DNA from: Eledone cirrhosa
Taxonomy: Eukaryota
Direction of reading: 5' to 3'
Length of the DNA: 64,000 bases
Assembly: GCA_964016885.1 (NCBI GenBank)
Contig: OZ024745.1
Span: 25,730,001 to 25,794,000 of the forward strand
Below, one piece after another: positions 40,001-54,240 of this stretch (position 1 is its first letter; every line of letters starts with the position of its first letter). Both the position numbers and the translations under genes were made by a program. The notes under the pieces were generated by a model. That model did no database searches and was not told the DNA's origin. It saw only the letters and a program-made list of their open reading frames with translations.

Positions 40001-40540
40001 CCTAAGAAACATTTCAAGGGTATTGTCAAAGGCAACCTTAAGATACTTGGTATTAGTGTTGAGGATTGGGAAGACGAGGCAGAGAGTAGATCTGGTTAGA
40101 GAAGTCTGGTTTATGATGGTTGTGATCATTTTGAGGCAAAAAATATTGAACATTAATTGTTTAAAAGAGCACTCAGGAAGGGTGACGTAGACTCGGTCCC
40201 GAAGATATCCGGTCAGAGCATGTCTGTAACATCTGCGGAAAGGTTGTTCTTTCTCGTGCCGGGCTTAAGAGTTCACAGTAATCAGCAGTCTGGGGCCAAT
40301 TATGTTGGTGTCTTCCCATAAAGGCCTGCAGTGTATTTGTGTCAGTTTTGCAACAAAGCCTATAGGTCTGCTGCTGGACTCAAGCGGCACACGAAAGTGC
40401 ATAAGGAGGAAGTTACGTTCAGGACAGTCCGAGAACTTTGTGTATATCACATCTGTAAAACAGTATGTAGGAGCGAGGCAGTTTTGCGGAGTCATTTTCG
40501 GGTTCATCGCCGATCAGTACAGGGTTCTGTAAAGAAGTGG
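40001..40540 (+). mobile_element. RTE LINE 3' fragment with multiple C2H2 fingers (decayed)
   Basis: PKKHFKGIVKGNLKILGISVEDWEDEAESRSG*RSLVYDGCDHFE, then CNICGKVVLSRAGLK, CQFCNKAYRSAAGLKRHTKVH and [20 protein letters not shown], with stops and frameshifts. Confidence 0.8.
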
Positions 40541-40546
40541 CAGTTA

Positions 40547-40599
<53 letters not shown>

Positions 40600-40651
40600 C
40601 ACACACACACGCACACACGCACACACGCACACACGCACACACGCACACACG

Positions 40652-40737
<86 letters not shown>

Positions 40738-41825
40738 CGGAGCCCCCGTATGTCATGTGAGACTGAAATGAAATGAAATTTACAGCTCGCACCTATGCAG
40801 GTTTACTGACTTCCTATAATTCATAGTTCATATTTAATCCGGTTTCAGGTGAAGATAAATGGACTTCCATCTGTTTCAGGGTTTTATGTTCAAGTTGTTC
40901 TGAATGGCATATTTGATAGATTTAGCGCATGTGGCTGATAATTCTACTGACACGTGTACCTGTAACGCAATTGTCTGGGGGATTCAGCTTGACACATGGT
41001 GATTTAAGGTGAGCTCATTGAATTTGAAGTACAATCCATCCAACGGACTTTCAAACAGTTTCCATCTAGCCAAAACCACTCACAAGCCTTGGGTCGCCCT
41101 GATCCCTGGGTTAAAGCTACTTATCCAATGTGCCATGTACTCAAAAGCTCATTATTGTAAACCGAGTTTATTAATCATTTTGCCATACTGCATCCACACT
41201 TTTCAGAATATTTTACTTAATTTGCAAGGAAGTACAAATTGCCTTCAGATAGTACAATCCCTTTTGTTTTGGAAGTAAACATATTTTATATCAGATGTTT
41301 TCACTGCTTCTGTGAGCACTATGATAGGATTAAATAAAGTCTAATCAATCAAAGAAACCCCCCACCCCAACCCCCACCACCACGCTTTATATGCAATAAA
41401 CTATTCAACAAACCTTTTTGTCTACATTAACATTTTTAACTGCTGTAGCTTCACAACAGATAGAAAATATTATGAAACTATCTCATCATTGACATTCATC
41501 TATAAAATATATTGATCTAGTGACAGATTTATATTATTTTATGAAATATTAGCTGACCTGTGGAAATTCCAAGGTTTACTAGGAAACAACCAATAAGTAT
41601 TACAGATCAAAATGACCCTTTAAATGTTTTATTTATAAGTTATAAATATACACACAAATTATATAATAGTCCCACTCTTGCCACCCTTTTCCCAGCGCGG
41701 AATAAACAAACCCTCATCACTGTTACCAATGCCTTGTCAAGGTCGATGCTCTTCACGTACACACTCTCTAATGTAATAGATATATCTTTCAATCAGATAT
41801 GCAAAGCCAGCGCATGTATATATAT

Positions 41826-42178
41826 AATTGTTTCTACTTTTTGGCACAAGGCCAGCAATTACCCAGTGTATTACTGGTACTTTATTTTATCGACCCCGTA
41901 AGGATGAAAGGCAAAGTTAACCTCGGCGGGATTTGAACTCAGAATGGCAAGGGCCGTAACTCTATGCGTCAAAGCATGGCGTCCGACCCTCTACCGATAC
42001 TGCCAATCCACCACCTAATAATTGTTTCTACTTTTGGCACAAGGCCAGCAATTACCCAGTACATTACTGGTACTTTATTTTATCGACCCCCGTTAACCTC
42101 GGTGGGATTTGAACTCAGATCATACGGCCCTTTATGATCTGAGTTCAAATCCCGCCGAGTTTAACTTTGCCTTTCATC
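41826..42178 (-). mobile_element. SINE A copy plus a second copy with an inverted segment
   Basis: Full copy 41826-42015, deleted copy 42018-42122, inverted piece 42125-42178. Confidence 0.85.
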
Positions 42179-42249
42179 ATATATATAATATTTATATATG
42201 GCCGAGCTCTCAATGCCGAAGTTTGGTGCTAGCCCTTCCTGGATCATTT

Positions 42250-42395
42250 ATATATATATATCACTGCGTGTCTCCCCCATCTTCGCTCCAGAGAGTAGGG
42301 CTTTAGTTCTTTCTGCCTCTCCCAGTAACTCATCTCATTTATTGAGTCAATCCTCTTAGTGTAGTTTCGTTGGGTTGCTTCAAGTTTTGTGGTTA
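42250..42395 (-). mobile_element. CR1-type LINE ORF2 C-terminal fragment
   Basis: KLEATQRNYTKRIDSINEMSYWERQKELKPYSLERRWGRHAVIY matches the CR1 motif LE..QR..TK....LSY.ERL..L.LYSLERRR. Confidence 0.8.
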
Positions 42396-42885
42396 ATTTG
42401 GTTGGATCCCTTGGTTGAAGTACCATTTGTTCCATGAATAGTCTGTAAGGTCCAGCAATGATTCTGTCTGCTTTTGTCAAAGTGCCGTCATTCCCGAGTG
42501 GAGGGTGCACTTCAGGCCATTTGACCATAGGAGGTTAAAAGCGGTCTGTTGAGACTTTCATCTAGTTTGATTAGTACTTCTTCCCTCTTTCTGAGGTTAT
42601 CTTCAAACTTGTCCTCATGACTAAGAGTGACTCGTAACTGATATCTGACACACATTACCATTTGATGTTACTTTATGTGTACTATTAGAGTGTCACCATC
42701 AGAGTTGGAATGTGACAACAATAGTAAGGGTGTGACATCTTTACAAATGTACAAAGCAAACTCCACCACGAGTTCTCTCCCTCCAGTCAATAGGAATTAC
42801 ACCATACTTTGGTATGTGTATTTCCGCAGCTGCCAGGTGCGTTTCAGATGAAGCATACATATATGTATATATATGTATGCTTTAT

Positions 42886-43182
42886 CAGGGCCGGATTTAA
42901 TGGCGGGCAAAGGAGGAAATTCCCCCCCCCCCCACCCACACACACACAGTGGCGGCTTCACCAGCGACGGCCTTAGCAATTTATTTGTACCCTCTGCTGG
43001 GCTTCTTAGTTTTAGAATGGTTAGAATTTTTGAATTCAATACCTGTATGTATAACTTTTAATTCCAATTACTTGCGCCAAGCTAACTTTGATAAATCAAA
43101 TTGGAGGGTTTACTGTGTATTCTAATTTTGTGTGTATGAGACCCCCCCCCCCCCCCCCCTCCGAGATTTAAATCTGGCTCTG
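42886..43182. mobile_element. hAT MITE
   Basis: TIRs cagggccggatttaa / ttaaatctggctctg, TSD tgctttat / tgcttctt. Confidence 0.78.
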
Positions 43183-43552
43183 TGCTTCTTGTGATATGTG
43201 CCTCTGCCTTACACACAAAAACTAACAATTTCATTGCTAGCCGAGTGGGTTGAATTCTATAAAGTTTTGTTGATTTCCTTCCTACCTTTCCCTGATAACT
43301 AGTCACCATCTTAGAAACTATAACTAGCTGTACATTGAAAACTAATTATGTCACCAAGGTAACATATTTCATGTACGTACGTCATGAATGAAACCTCCCA
43401 GCAGTCTATAAAGTTCAGTTTAAGACTGTTTATGTTGTTAGGTTACTGGTGCACTTAAATCAGTCTACACCCCGCAGCTTCCCTTTCTGTGTATTTATTT
43501 CTTCTCTACTTCTTCCTTTATAGCATACTGAGCAAGGTTGGTATCCTGTACA

Positions 43553-43781
<229 letters not shown>

Positions 43782-43825
43782 TATGTTTGTGTGTGTCTTG
43801 ATACTATGTAACATTCACTTCACTA

Positions 43826-43865
<40 letters not shown>

Positions 43866-43869
43866 ACAT

Positions 43870-43937
<68 letters not shown>

Positions 43938-44623
43938 TTATATGACTAAATCCATATATTTTATGTAGGTAGGTATGTATGTGTATGTATCTGTAGGTAT
44001 GGGCGAAGAAACACAAGAAAAAGCATGCTCAATACTAAAGTGGAAAATATATATTTATACATTACAGAGATTTCTCTCTGTTGCTTGATCAGCGGCAATC
44101 CGCGAAATTCACTGAAGAAACGGAGAGGAATCTCAGTAATGTACATAAATGTGGTACATATATATAATTATAAAAGTATTTCATCGTACTTATGTGTTTG
44201 CGTGCGTATTGGCATGTATGTATGTATGTATGTATTATGTGTGTGTATGCGTGTATGTATCTATGTATGTATTCATTTATGTATGTGTGCGTGTAAGCGT
44301 GTATGTATGTATTCATTTATGTATGTGTGTATGTATGTATTCATGTATGTATGTGTGTGTATGTGTGTGTGTATGTATGTGTGTGTGTGTATGCGTGTAT
44401 GTATCTATGTATTCATTTATGTATGTGTATGTATGTATCTATGTATGTATTCATTTATGTATGTGTGTATGTATACATGTGTGTGTGTATGCGTGTATGT
44501 ATGTATCTATGTATGTATTCATTTATGTATGTATGTGTGTGTGTATGTATGTGTGTGTGTGTGTATGCGTGTATGTATGTATTCATTTATGTATTTCATG
44601 CATGTATGTAAGTATTATGCATT

Positions 44624-44667
<44 letters not shown>

Positions 44668-45236
44668 CATATATGTATGTATGTATGTATACTACTATGT
44701 GTATGTGTAAGTGAAGGTGAAAGAGAGAATAGAGTGAGGCAGGATTTAGATAATTTATAAAAGCACAGCCATAAAAATGAGCAAGAAACAGAGAGAGGGA
44801 GGGGAGATTATATAAATAAAATATTTCAAGTAAATAGATAAAATATAGAAAACAACAACAAGAAGTATTATGACCAAACCCTCAACAGTTACCCCATTGT
44901 TTCCCAGGGGGAGAGAGAGAGAAGAGAGGTGGATGGTAGTACAGTTAGTTGACGATTGAGACTATTACTCTTGTTCTCTGGCATTCTGAGCTTGTGTGGA
45001 ATGTGGACAACATGTTGTTAGGCCACCTGAATTGTAGTTACTCAGTGGCTTTGCCCTTTGTTAAATCAGGTGGCGGCGGTGGTGGTGGTAAGGAAATGGA
45101 ATCTCTTAGCCAAACTACCCTCTTCTTTAGTGCAAAACTTACTTGGAGCTGGGGGTGCTTTAGGCTATGATGAATAGGGGAAGAAGACTACGAGAAAGAA
45201 ATGAAGTAAAATGGCTGTTAATGATATAGGCATGTA

Positions 45237-45447
45237 CGAGGATCGGCTGAAAAGTTCATAGGCTGACCAAGATACTCTCATGGAATGACCCAATGATTTT
45301 TATTTTTCAACATAATCCCTGGAAAAAAACAAAACAAAAAAACAATGCAGTTATCAATAAGAAGAGCTGAAATGAATGGATGAAAGATTTCGCAGCTCTA
45401 GCATCACTCCTTCATTGTCGGCCTATGACCTTTTCAGTCTACCCTCG
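45237..45447. mobile_element. mariner-type MITE
   Basis: TA-cgaggatcggctgaaaag...cttttcagtctaccctcg-TA. Confidence 0.82.
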
Positions 45448-45534
45448 TATGGACTTTAAATTTTGATCGAGTCATCGTGACATGTCTTGGGTTTTTTAAA
45501 CTTGGCAGACAAACCCTTCTCCAGGTCTGAACAG

Positions 45535-45603
<69 letters not shown>

Positions 45604-46099
45604 CCAGTATTGGACTGGTGCTCTTTTATCGACCTCAGAATAATGAAAAGCAACCTCGGCTGGTTTTGAACGCAAGGAGTAGAGAGCCGGGATACCGCAA
45701 AACATTTTACCCAACGTAATCTGCCTATTTACCGACTGATGTTGATGATTTCGTTCCAGTTCAGCCCTCCTGATAAGGAAGATCTATGATCTAACACATT
45801 CCAACAGTCAACACACCCGTGTTTTTATACACACATGGTGTTATTTATCTAAGACTACATTATCCAATGTGTCTTTGGTATTTTTAAAGATGATAGGTAT
45901 GTGATTAATGGGAGTTGTGACTTCTATTTTCTTTTTGTGCATCTCTGACCCTATAAAGCGTCCTTTCTCGGCTCAACATGGTATTTACAATGCTAGATAA
46001 TCTTCAACTAGAAATACAAGTCTACACGTTTTATATGAGGAAGCTGTGGTATTCATAAGTTCCCAAAAGATCACTGGGCTTGAAATAATAGAAGTTTCT

Positions 46100-46303
46100 G
46101 AGTTAGTCACAAGGCCAAGAATTTTGGAGGAGGGTAAAATCGATTAAAATTGATTAAGTCGATCAGTGCATTACTGGTACTTTATTTCATCGACCCCGTA
46201 AAGATGAAAGGCAAAGCTAACTTCGACAGGATTTAAACTTAGAACGTAAAAGGATGCTGCAAAGCATGGTGTCCAACGCTCTACCAATCCTGCCAATCTA
46301 CCG
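46100..46303 (-). mobile_element. SINE family A
   Basis: Conserved body and tRNA-like head. Confidence 0.8.
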
Positions 46304-46978
46304 GAAATGTAAATAATTGTAATAAACGATGATTATTTTATTTGCTAAGAGAAGGGTTTTCAAACTGTTTCAACGATAATTTCTGGGCTTGTCTCTAAAT
46401 TAAGATAAAACATGGCTCAACTCGCGGCCATGGTTTCTTACGCTGTGGGATTGAAAACTTTAGCATTTCGAAGCAAAAATTCTTAACAGTAATTTGGCCG
46501 TCTGCGTCAATAAATATATAAACTGACAGTTACACATAAGCACACATACGTGTAGGTGTATCTATCCACTGTTGGTATGGAGATTAGTCTTGATAATACT
46601 GTAATATTAGTATAAGACTCTAAGTAAACAAATCAGTGATGATGATAGCGATGGAAATCAAAGCTATCCACCCACACAGAAATATGAACTCATTCCTACA
46701 CGTTTGTTTGTGAAAAATCTACAGCTCAATAATTTGATATATAGGAAATAATAGATATCATCATCATCATCGTCGTCATCATTTTCATGTCCGAGTTTTC
46801 CATGCTACCATAGACAGGTCTGAAATATTTGAAGCAGTGTTGTATGACCAGATAGATGACGTTCATGATGCCAAACCTTTGAGTCACTACTTACATCACA
46901 CACACACACACACATACATACATACATACATACATACATACATACATACATACATACATACATACATACATACATACA

Positions 46979-47009
<31 letters not shown>

Positions 47010-47757
47010 GTATGTATGTATAGCCCTGTAATTCCTGATGGAGTCGTAGGGGCGCCGGCGTGGCAAACAGCGTTTCTCAGACATTTTATGCCTATCGGAG
47101 CCCATCTCCCTTATAGGTTTGAATACAGCAGATTTCTTCCAGAGAATGATACAGAGTAAGAGAATGAACGCGAGAAGGAGATACAGAGGAAGAATCGACC
47201 CCAATACTAGACTGATACTTTTTTTTTATCGACCTCGAAACGATGAAAGCCAAAATTCACCTCGTCGGGATCTGAACTCAGCGAGCCGCAACGTTCTAAC
47301 GACTCTGTCAATTCAACGACTATAAACATATATATAGTTTGTTTATATGGGTGTGATATATTGTTAAATGTTTAAGTTTAGCTGATTAATTAATCCTGAT
47401 AAATGTGGTATGGTATTTGTTGCTGAGTAATTGTACTTTGAGTGATGGGTCTTGGATCGTTTAAGTTGCTTGTATACCTTTACCTTTACCTCGATGGGTG
47501 GGGTTACGAGAGAAGCTTTTGATTCCAGAGTCGGGCCAGATCGATACAGAACGAGCCTTGTGCTGATCAATCGTGAAACGCGCGTCACACCTCAATAAAT
47601 ATAATAAAGATCTAGCACCTCGTCTTTTTTATTATTATTTTTAGACTTGCCATTGTGCACTTTTACTCGAGCTTATTGTAAACCTCCACTGTCCCTGTCT
47701 TTGTATTGTCCCCTACATGTCGGCCCTTGTGGCTAATAAATGAAATCATTATTATTA

Positions 47758-47945
47758 TTGGCAGTATCGGTAGAGGGTCGGACGCCATGCTTTCCAGCAT
47801 AGTTACGTCCCTTTACGATCTGAGTTCAAATCCCGCCGAGGTTGACTTTGCCTTTCATCCTTACGGGGTCGATAAAATAAAGTACCAGTAATACACTGGG
47901 TAATTGCTGGCCTTGTGCCTAAAGTAGAAACAATTATTATTATTA
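47758..47945 (+). mobile_element. SINE family A (young)
   Basis: A/B boxes intact, inserted in (att)n. Confidence 0.9.
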
Positions 47946-48352
47946 TATATACCAAAAGCAGAAAATATGTAGTCACAGTCGATTGTTATAAACAATAGCT
48001 TAGAAAGGTGAAGTTCTCCTATACACGGGAAAAGGGGGGTGTTTAAATATATCTTTGTGTGTGTGTAAATATATCTTTGTGTGTGTGTAACTGCTTTGAG
48101 GTGTGTAACGTTCCGTGGTCAGTTTTACTTTTCACCCTTCGAAATCGATAAATAAGGTTCTTTCTTTCTTTCTCTTAAAGATATTGGCTGTGTTTAAGAC
48201 CGGGAAAAGAATGGACACAGCCAGTTTTAAATGCCGAATTCGTAAGAAGTCCCTACGACTTCCCGAAGAGCTAAGACCTATGGAGTGGGCCTAGTAATTA
48301 TATATATATCTACACACACACATATATATATATATGTATACATACACACACG

Positions 48353-48431
<79 letters not shown>

Positions 48432-48762
48432 AATGGCCTAGTGAACAAGGAAATGGAACAGAAATTCCCTGTATGGAATGTATGTTCATGTATCACTGAG
48501 TTTGTTTAAGTGCGTGAATATGGTGGAATGTTAAACATTTCACTGACGCCTCCATTAAGTAAAAAGAAAGAAAGAAACGCCGGCATCTCATACAGGTAAA
48601 TAAATTTAGCAGATTGGTTCATTGATTAGATTTAAAAAAGGTAGAGGGATGCAAATAATATAAAGCGGAAAGGAAATATTTAATATAGACAAGAATAAGA
48701 TATGAGGTATAAATACATAAGCCAAAAGTCCAAAAGTAAAGCAAAACTATATACATACATAC

Positions 48763-48832
<70 letters not shown>

Positions 48833-48837
48833 ATATT

Positions 48838-48937
48838 TAACCCCGACGGCAGAGCTCAAGCCGTTTCGACGGCTATTTCTGGACTACATTAGAATTTTTA
48901 GCGTGGTAAATAAATAGCCGAACTTTTCAAGGGGTAA
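48838..48937 (-). ncRNA. type I hammerhead ribozyme, U3-A8 core variant
   Basis: acccc-TTGAAAA-g..cggctattt/aaatagccg.c-GAAA-cggc(ttgagctct)gccg-TC-ggggt. GUC site, predicted cut between 48845 and 48844. Confidence 0.8.
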
Positions 48938-48940
48938 CTC

Positions 48941-48976
48941 CTTATATGGGAAGATTGTAGTTGTCAAAAGGATTGG
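48941..48976 (-). promoter_or_regulatory. CCAAT plus TATA-like elements upstream of the hammerhead
   Basis: Minus strand gaCCAATcc at 48972-48976 and caTATAAgg at 48941-48948. Confidence 0.4.
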
Positions 48977-49525
48977 TCAAAATTTCTTGTAAACACAATT
49001 AAATCTTTCATGGCAGTGGGTGGGAGTTAGGGGGTGGCTGAACTTCCCTGTAGAACAATGAGGGAGTGGGTGGAGCCGGTCAAGCGTTGAAAGTGAATTC
49101 TATACAGCAAATTCTAAGGAGCGTGTATGAAATTAGGCTAGTAAGGAAGCAGGCGACAAAAGATTCTGGAGGAATTTGAGAGTGGGACGTTATAGAATAG
49201 GTTAATAAATTGAGATTAAAAGGTAATAAATAAATAAAAAAAAATATAAAAATAATAAAATTAAATAATAAAAAGTAAAAATCTGCTATATTTAGTTGGT
49301 ATTGCGTTTTCGGCCAGTGCTTTATATAATTTACTGGTGTGGGGGTATTTATTTACCACGCTAAAAATTCTAATTTAGTCCAGAAATAGCCGTCGAAACG
49401 GCTTGAGCTCTGCCGTCGGGGTTAAACTTTTCCTATCACCCACTCTACTAGACTAAGTATTGTGTACTCTGGTGCATTGTGGTCCATTTGGTTCCTTATC
49501 ACACCTCCTTCGTTATAAATATATA

Positions 49526-49710
49526 TAATTGTTTCTACTTTTGGCACAAGGCCAGCAAATACTCAGTGTATTACTGATACTTTATTTTATCTACCCCGTA
49601 AGGATGAAAGGCAAAGTTAACCTCGGCGGGATTTGAGCTCAGATCATAAAGGAACGTAACTCTATGCTTCAAAGCATGGCGTCCGACCCTCTACCGATAC
49701 TGCCAATCCA
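49526..49710 (-). mobile_element. SINE family A
   Basis: Conserved body and head. Confidence 0.87.
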
Positions 49711-50800
49711 TCTACATACATGTAGATATATGATGTGTGTATGTGTGTGTGTGCAAATTCCCGAGTTTTGTCCGTTAAAAAAAGGTGTTCAGTACCTTGG
49801 TAGAGTATAGGCCTCTTTATTATATATAAAGAAATGACTTCTTTGTATGAAATTACCACAATCTTTTCATACGAATGAAACGGTTCTTGTCCTATTATCA
49901 ATATATTTGTTTAAATTGACCCCTATCGATGTTGACTATAAATGTTCCAGTTGTTTGGTCAATGGAATAACCTACTCTTGAACTTAGCATGTAAGCATGT
50001 GATCTGAACTTAATCATCTGGGAGAATTGTTATGCTACAATGAGTCACAAGGCTGACCTTTTGAATTACATGTATAGTCCATCTGATAGGCTTCTAAATA
50101 TTTCCGTCCAACCATTTCATTCATGAAGCTTATATCTATATCATCATTAAGGTATTGTAAATGACATATGCTATGGGTGCCACACATTGAGAGCAGACAA
50201 GAAACCCCATGAGTGTCAAGCATACGTCTTAACTATTCAGCACTTCAGCATACTATGTTAGGCTCACATCTTTCTGGGCTTAGCTGGCCTCCTATGATGT
50301 TGCATCTCATTGGAGGTTTCTTGCATGTTTTTAATGAAAGAGGCCCCAATCCTGTCATGAAAAGCCTTGTGAAAGGAAGCATCTTGCTCAAGAATACAAA
50401 ATACCACCCACTACAGGAATCACATCCACAACCTTAAGATTGTGAGTTCATCCCCTTAACCTCTAAGCCACGCACCTACACTAACCATTCAGCTATGCTG
50501 TGTGCTATATATTACATTGTAGCGAAACTAGGATAGTTCAAAGAATACTGTTGAATAGATATACAGGGTAGAACAATAAAATTAAAGTAAACAAGAAAGC
50601 AAAAGTGAGGACATTTCCATTTTATTCCTCATTGTGTTCAGTTTATCAATGTCTATGTTTATTTTAAATATATAACTAAATTTAATACATATATTTTTTC
50701 AATATATGTTTAGATTTAATGTATACAAATATCTCATTACAACATAAAAAGAAATCATCTGACCTTAACTCACACGCACACATGTACATATATATATGTG

Positions 50801-50831
<31 letters not shown>

Positions 50832-51412
50832 ATGTATATTAATGTGTATGTGTATATATATATTCATGCTTATATCTATATATTCCTTGTAGAACTGAAA
50901 CAGTCAAGCTGGCTTCAATGTTTTTTTCATTTTCCTCTCAGAAGAAGTACCCAAAATGTTGGAATTTTCATTTTTAAATCGAGAAATCTTTAAAGAAAGT
51001 AAAGCTAGGTCTGATTTAACCTAAGCAAGCTTATGATCAATGGCAGTCCATCTATGACCATTCTATCTTAATTTCAGAAGCAATTTATGTAGAACCACAT
51101 TATTTAATGTGTTCTTAAGATGGCAAGGAATGAAATAAGAGAGATTTGGTTGCTACTTCTATCAAGCCAAGTATCCTAGTGTTGTTGTTAGCCTCAGGTT
51201 AGCATTAATTCAGCAGACTTATGATCAAATGTGTTCCAGATATGACCCTACCATCTTAATCAAACAGTTTATCTAGTTCTAAGCATAAAATGTGTCCATC
51301 TGTTTTTTATAAGATGATAGAATGCAATTTTGGAGAGATTTAGCTGCTCTTTCTAACAAGTGGAGTAATAGCATAGAAGTTCCCATTGTTGCCCCTTGTG
51401 TATATAAATAAA

Positions 51413-51452
<40 letters not shown>

Positions 51453-52107
51453 AAGCAGCTCGTAAATGATCACCTATACTACCACATCCTATTTGTCCAA
51501 ATCAGATATCATCATCATCATCATCAGTGTTTAATGCCTGTTTTCCATGCTGGCATACGTTAAATGGGTTGTCACCTTCTGAGGCTAGAACAGTCAGGCC
51601 ACCATATCTTGCTCAATTGTTTTGTTTTGGGCTTGGTTTCTAAAGCTGAATGTCCTTCATAATGCCAAACACTTTACATTTACTTGAACCATTTTATTGT
51701 GACTCCAGCACTATCACTTTACAGAGTGGACTAGGTGCTTTTTATAATATAACTGCTCCAGCATTTGTCCCTTACAGGGTAGACTGGGTGGTACTTATTA
51801 TGATATCAGAACTACTAATTTACAGATTAGTAAAATTGTATTTTATGACCATTACAACACTAGAGTGTTGGATTTTCCCTGACATGTGCTAGATGAGGAG
51901 AAGAAAAGGATGTGTGTGGAGGGAAACTAAGGGCAGGGACCTTATGAAGGGAGATGATAGTTGGGGAAGGATGATTAATGTAAGGATGGTGCAGTTGAAC
52001 AGGAGGGAAAAACAGGCTGACAAGTAGGAGCCTTAATGCTGGTTCACCTCTCTGCAGTCCCCATGTTTGTGTGTATCTACATATACATATATTTATACAC
52101 GTATGTC

Positions 52108-52330
52108 TCATCATCATCATCATCATCATCGTTTAACGTCCATCTTCCACGCTAGCATGGGTTTGGACGGGAATTTTCCCACTTGAGGCAAGATTGGTTG
52201 TCTTGCTCGTATAGGACTGTCTGGCGGGTTTTCTACGGCTGGATGCCCTTCCTAACACCAACCACGTTTACAGTGTGGACTGGGAGGTTTTTACCGTGTT
52301 ACCTACACGGCCACATTACAGCGTGGACTG
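52108..52330 (-). mobile_element. SINE with (ATG)n tail (third family)
   Basis: (cat)n-gtttaacgtccat...gcatggg...ctacggctggatgcccttcctaac. Relatives at about 46760, 51505, 54440, 54950(+) and 58565. Confidence 0.7.
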
Positions 52331-54107
52331 TGTGTTTTTTTGTCGTGACACCTACACGCCTCATTTGTTTCAGACTGGATGCTGTGGTACCAACATAACT
52401 TTACATTGGAAGGGGTGGTGTGGGGTAGTGGAGCCGGGGTGTATTTTGTTAGAGGTGCCTACTGACTGTATGTCAATACATAAATATATATGTTACACAC
52501 ACACATATGCATAATGCAAAATTATGGTGATGATTATGGCAGTAATATAGGTGAAAAATGAAATACAAGGAAAATGTCATACCTTTGTAGTTGTTAAAAT
52601 CAAATACCTGTCCAGGGCAGTGGATTGGTAACAGTGTTAGGATGTCAGATGAGATGCAGTGTTTTGTCTGGCTGCTTGTGTTTTGAGTTAGATTTCTACA
52701 TTGGATACACTTCTTACACTTGATAGCTTTACTTTTAAATAGGAATAGTAATATATCTGTTTTTTTACTGTTTAGTTAAGGAAGGATGGAGTTTTCCCAA
52801 AGCCCTTTTCAGGTCATCTGATGATGGTGGGAGTGAAGAAGGTATCCTTAAAACATAGACCTGCTCTGAATACAATAGATTGAATTTCAGTAAGGGTAGC
52901 CAAGGAATAGGAGGTTGTATTAAACTGGATGATAGTTTAAGTTAGCACTAAAAAAAATTATAGCAAGATTTGCACATTGATTATCGGGCACCAGAACAAA
53001 TACCACAAGGCATCTCATCTGATACTCTACCAATACCCCCAATCGAATGCCCAGGACTAATAAAATAATTGATTTATTGAGAAGTCACAAGAATTGTTTA
53101 GTTACTGCATTCTTCCCAGAATGTTAACCCTCTCTGAAACACTTGTTTGCCTTGTTTTCCCTACAGATGCTGATTACTTATTTAAGTTAAATATAAACTA
53201 CAACAATTTTAGAGGGGCTGCATGGTCATAGCCAGGGTCATATAACTGAGCCACAGTCCTGCCCCAGTTACACACTCAGATATATATATATATATATATA
53301 TACATATACTCAGTTGGGAGATTGTGACATAGTTCTATGTTGTCATCAGGTTTTTGCAAAGCTGTTAATAAGTCCAGGCCAGATGTAGGGTATATTTCTA
53401 GTTGCTCATTAAATATTTCAATAATCAATGGTAAACATTTATATGTATTTATGGGTGTATGGATATATTTAGTTGTAAACAATAAAAGAACTATAATTTG
53501 AAATAAGTAGGACCTTGCTCACTGACCCAACTGCTACCCAAATCCACATCTTTTCTGATCTTACCTGTCTGTTGTAAGGCTTTCTATGACCTTTTACTTG
53601 CTAACAAAGCAGGTATTGGAAAATGATTGAAAAAGTTTTAGGGAGATATATTTATCTTCTGTTTTTAACTGTTTTACTTCCATTTTTAAATGCTTATTTT
53701 TGTGTGCCAAATGGCTTTTTGTTAGTGCAATCATTTCTATAGCTAAATGTCCTCCCTAACACTAACAAGCTCAAGAAAACTGGAGCAAACAGAGTTATGT
53801 TTCTTGCTCAAGTATACAGCACATTAAGCTTTATGATCCAACATCAAAACCCCACACTTATTTAATGCATTTGGGAAAGGCATGTACATCACACACTCTC
53901 ATCTTCCATCCTCTGTGTATCGAGCTTTGTGCTGATGTAGGGAACAATATTGCCCCATCAAACTTTTCTCTTATTTCTTTCAACTGAAACTGAATTCATA
54001 TCAACCAGCTTGATATTTCATTGTTGAAATGTCAATGCTTCTTATATAAAACATTATCTCATTGCACTTTTAATATCCTAATATTTATAACCTTTCTTTC
54101 ATTGTAG

Positions 54108-54240
54108 ACATCCAAGAAAGAAAAGTGGGTAGACTACATTTCACTCCTTCGATTTCCTGTTTATCTTCCTGCTAACGATGTGTTGATAGAATTTCAAATG
54201 GAAGAGGAATCTGAAAAATGGAATGACACACATCTGAAAT
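54108..54240 (+). CDS. probable host-gene exon, product unknown
   Basis: Branch-like cctaat plus ctttctttcattgtAG acceptor. Open frame TSKKEKWVDYISLLRFPVYLPANDVLIEFQMEEESEKWNDTHLK with a GTAATT donor in phase 1. Unique, non-repetitive sequence. Translation could start at ATG 54198. Confidence 0.55.

Larger units (their letters stand above)
48830..49517. mobile_element. PLE-like element with inverted arms (48838-48916 and 49346-49425)
   Basis: Left arm is a complete minus-strand hammerhead with upstream CCAAT/TATA. Right arm is 5'-truncated and followed by the family tail. Confidence 0.8.

Noticed and set aside
47540-47600. Complete hammerhead at GAAA-cgcgcg-TC
   Set aside because: Only the 3' half is convincing, with no matching core or stem I 5' strand. 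Counted as partial.
53564-53600. 36-nt minus-strand exon candidate
   Set aside because: It overlaps a decayed copy of the GACCTGCTAGAAATAGCAG repeat.
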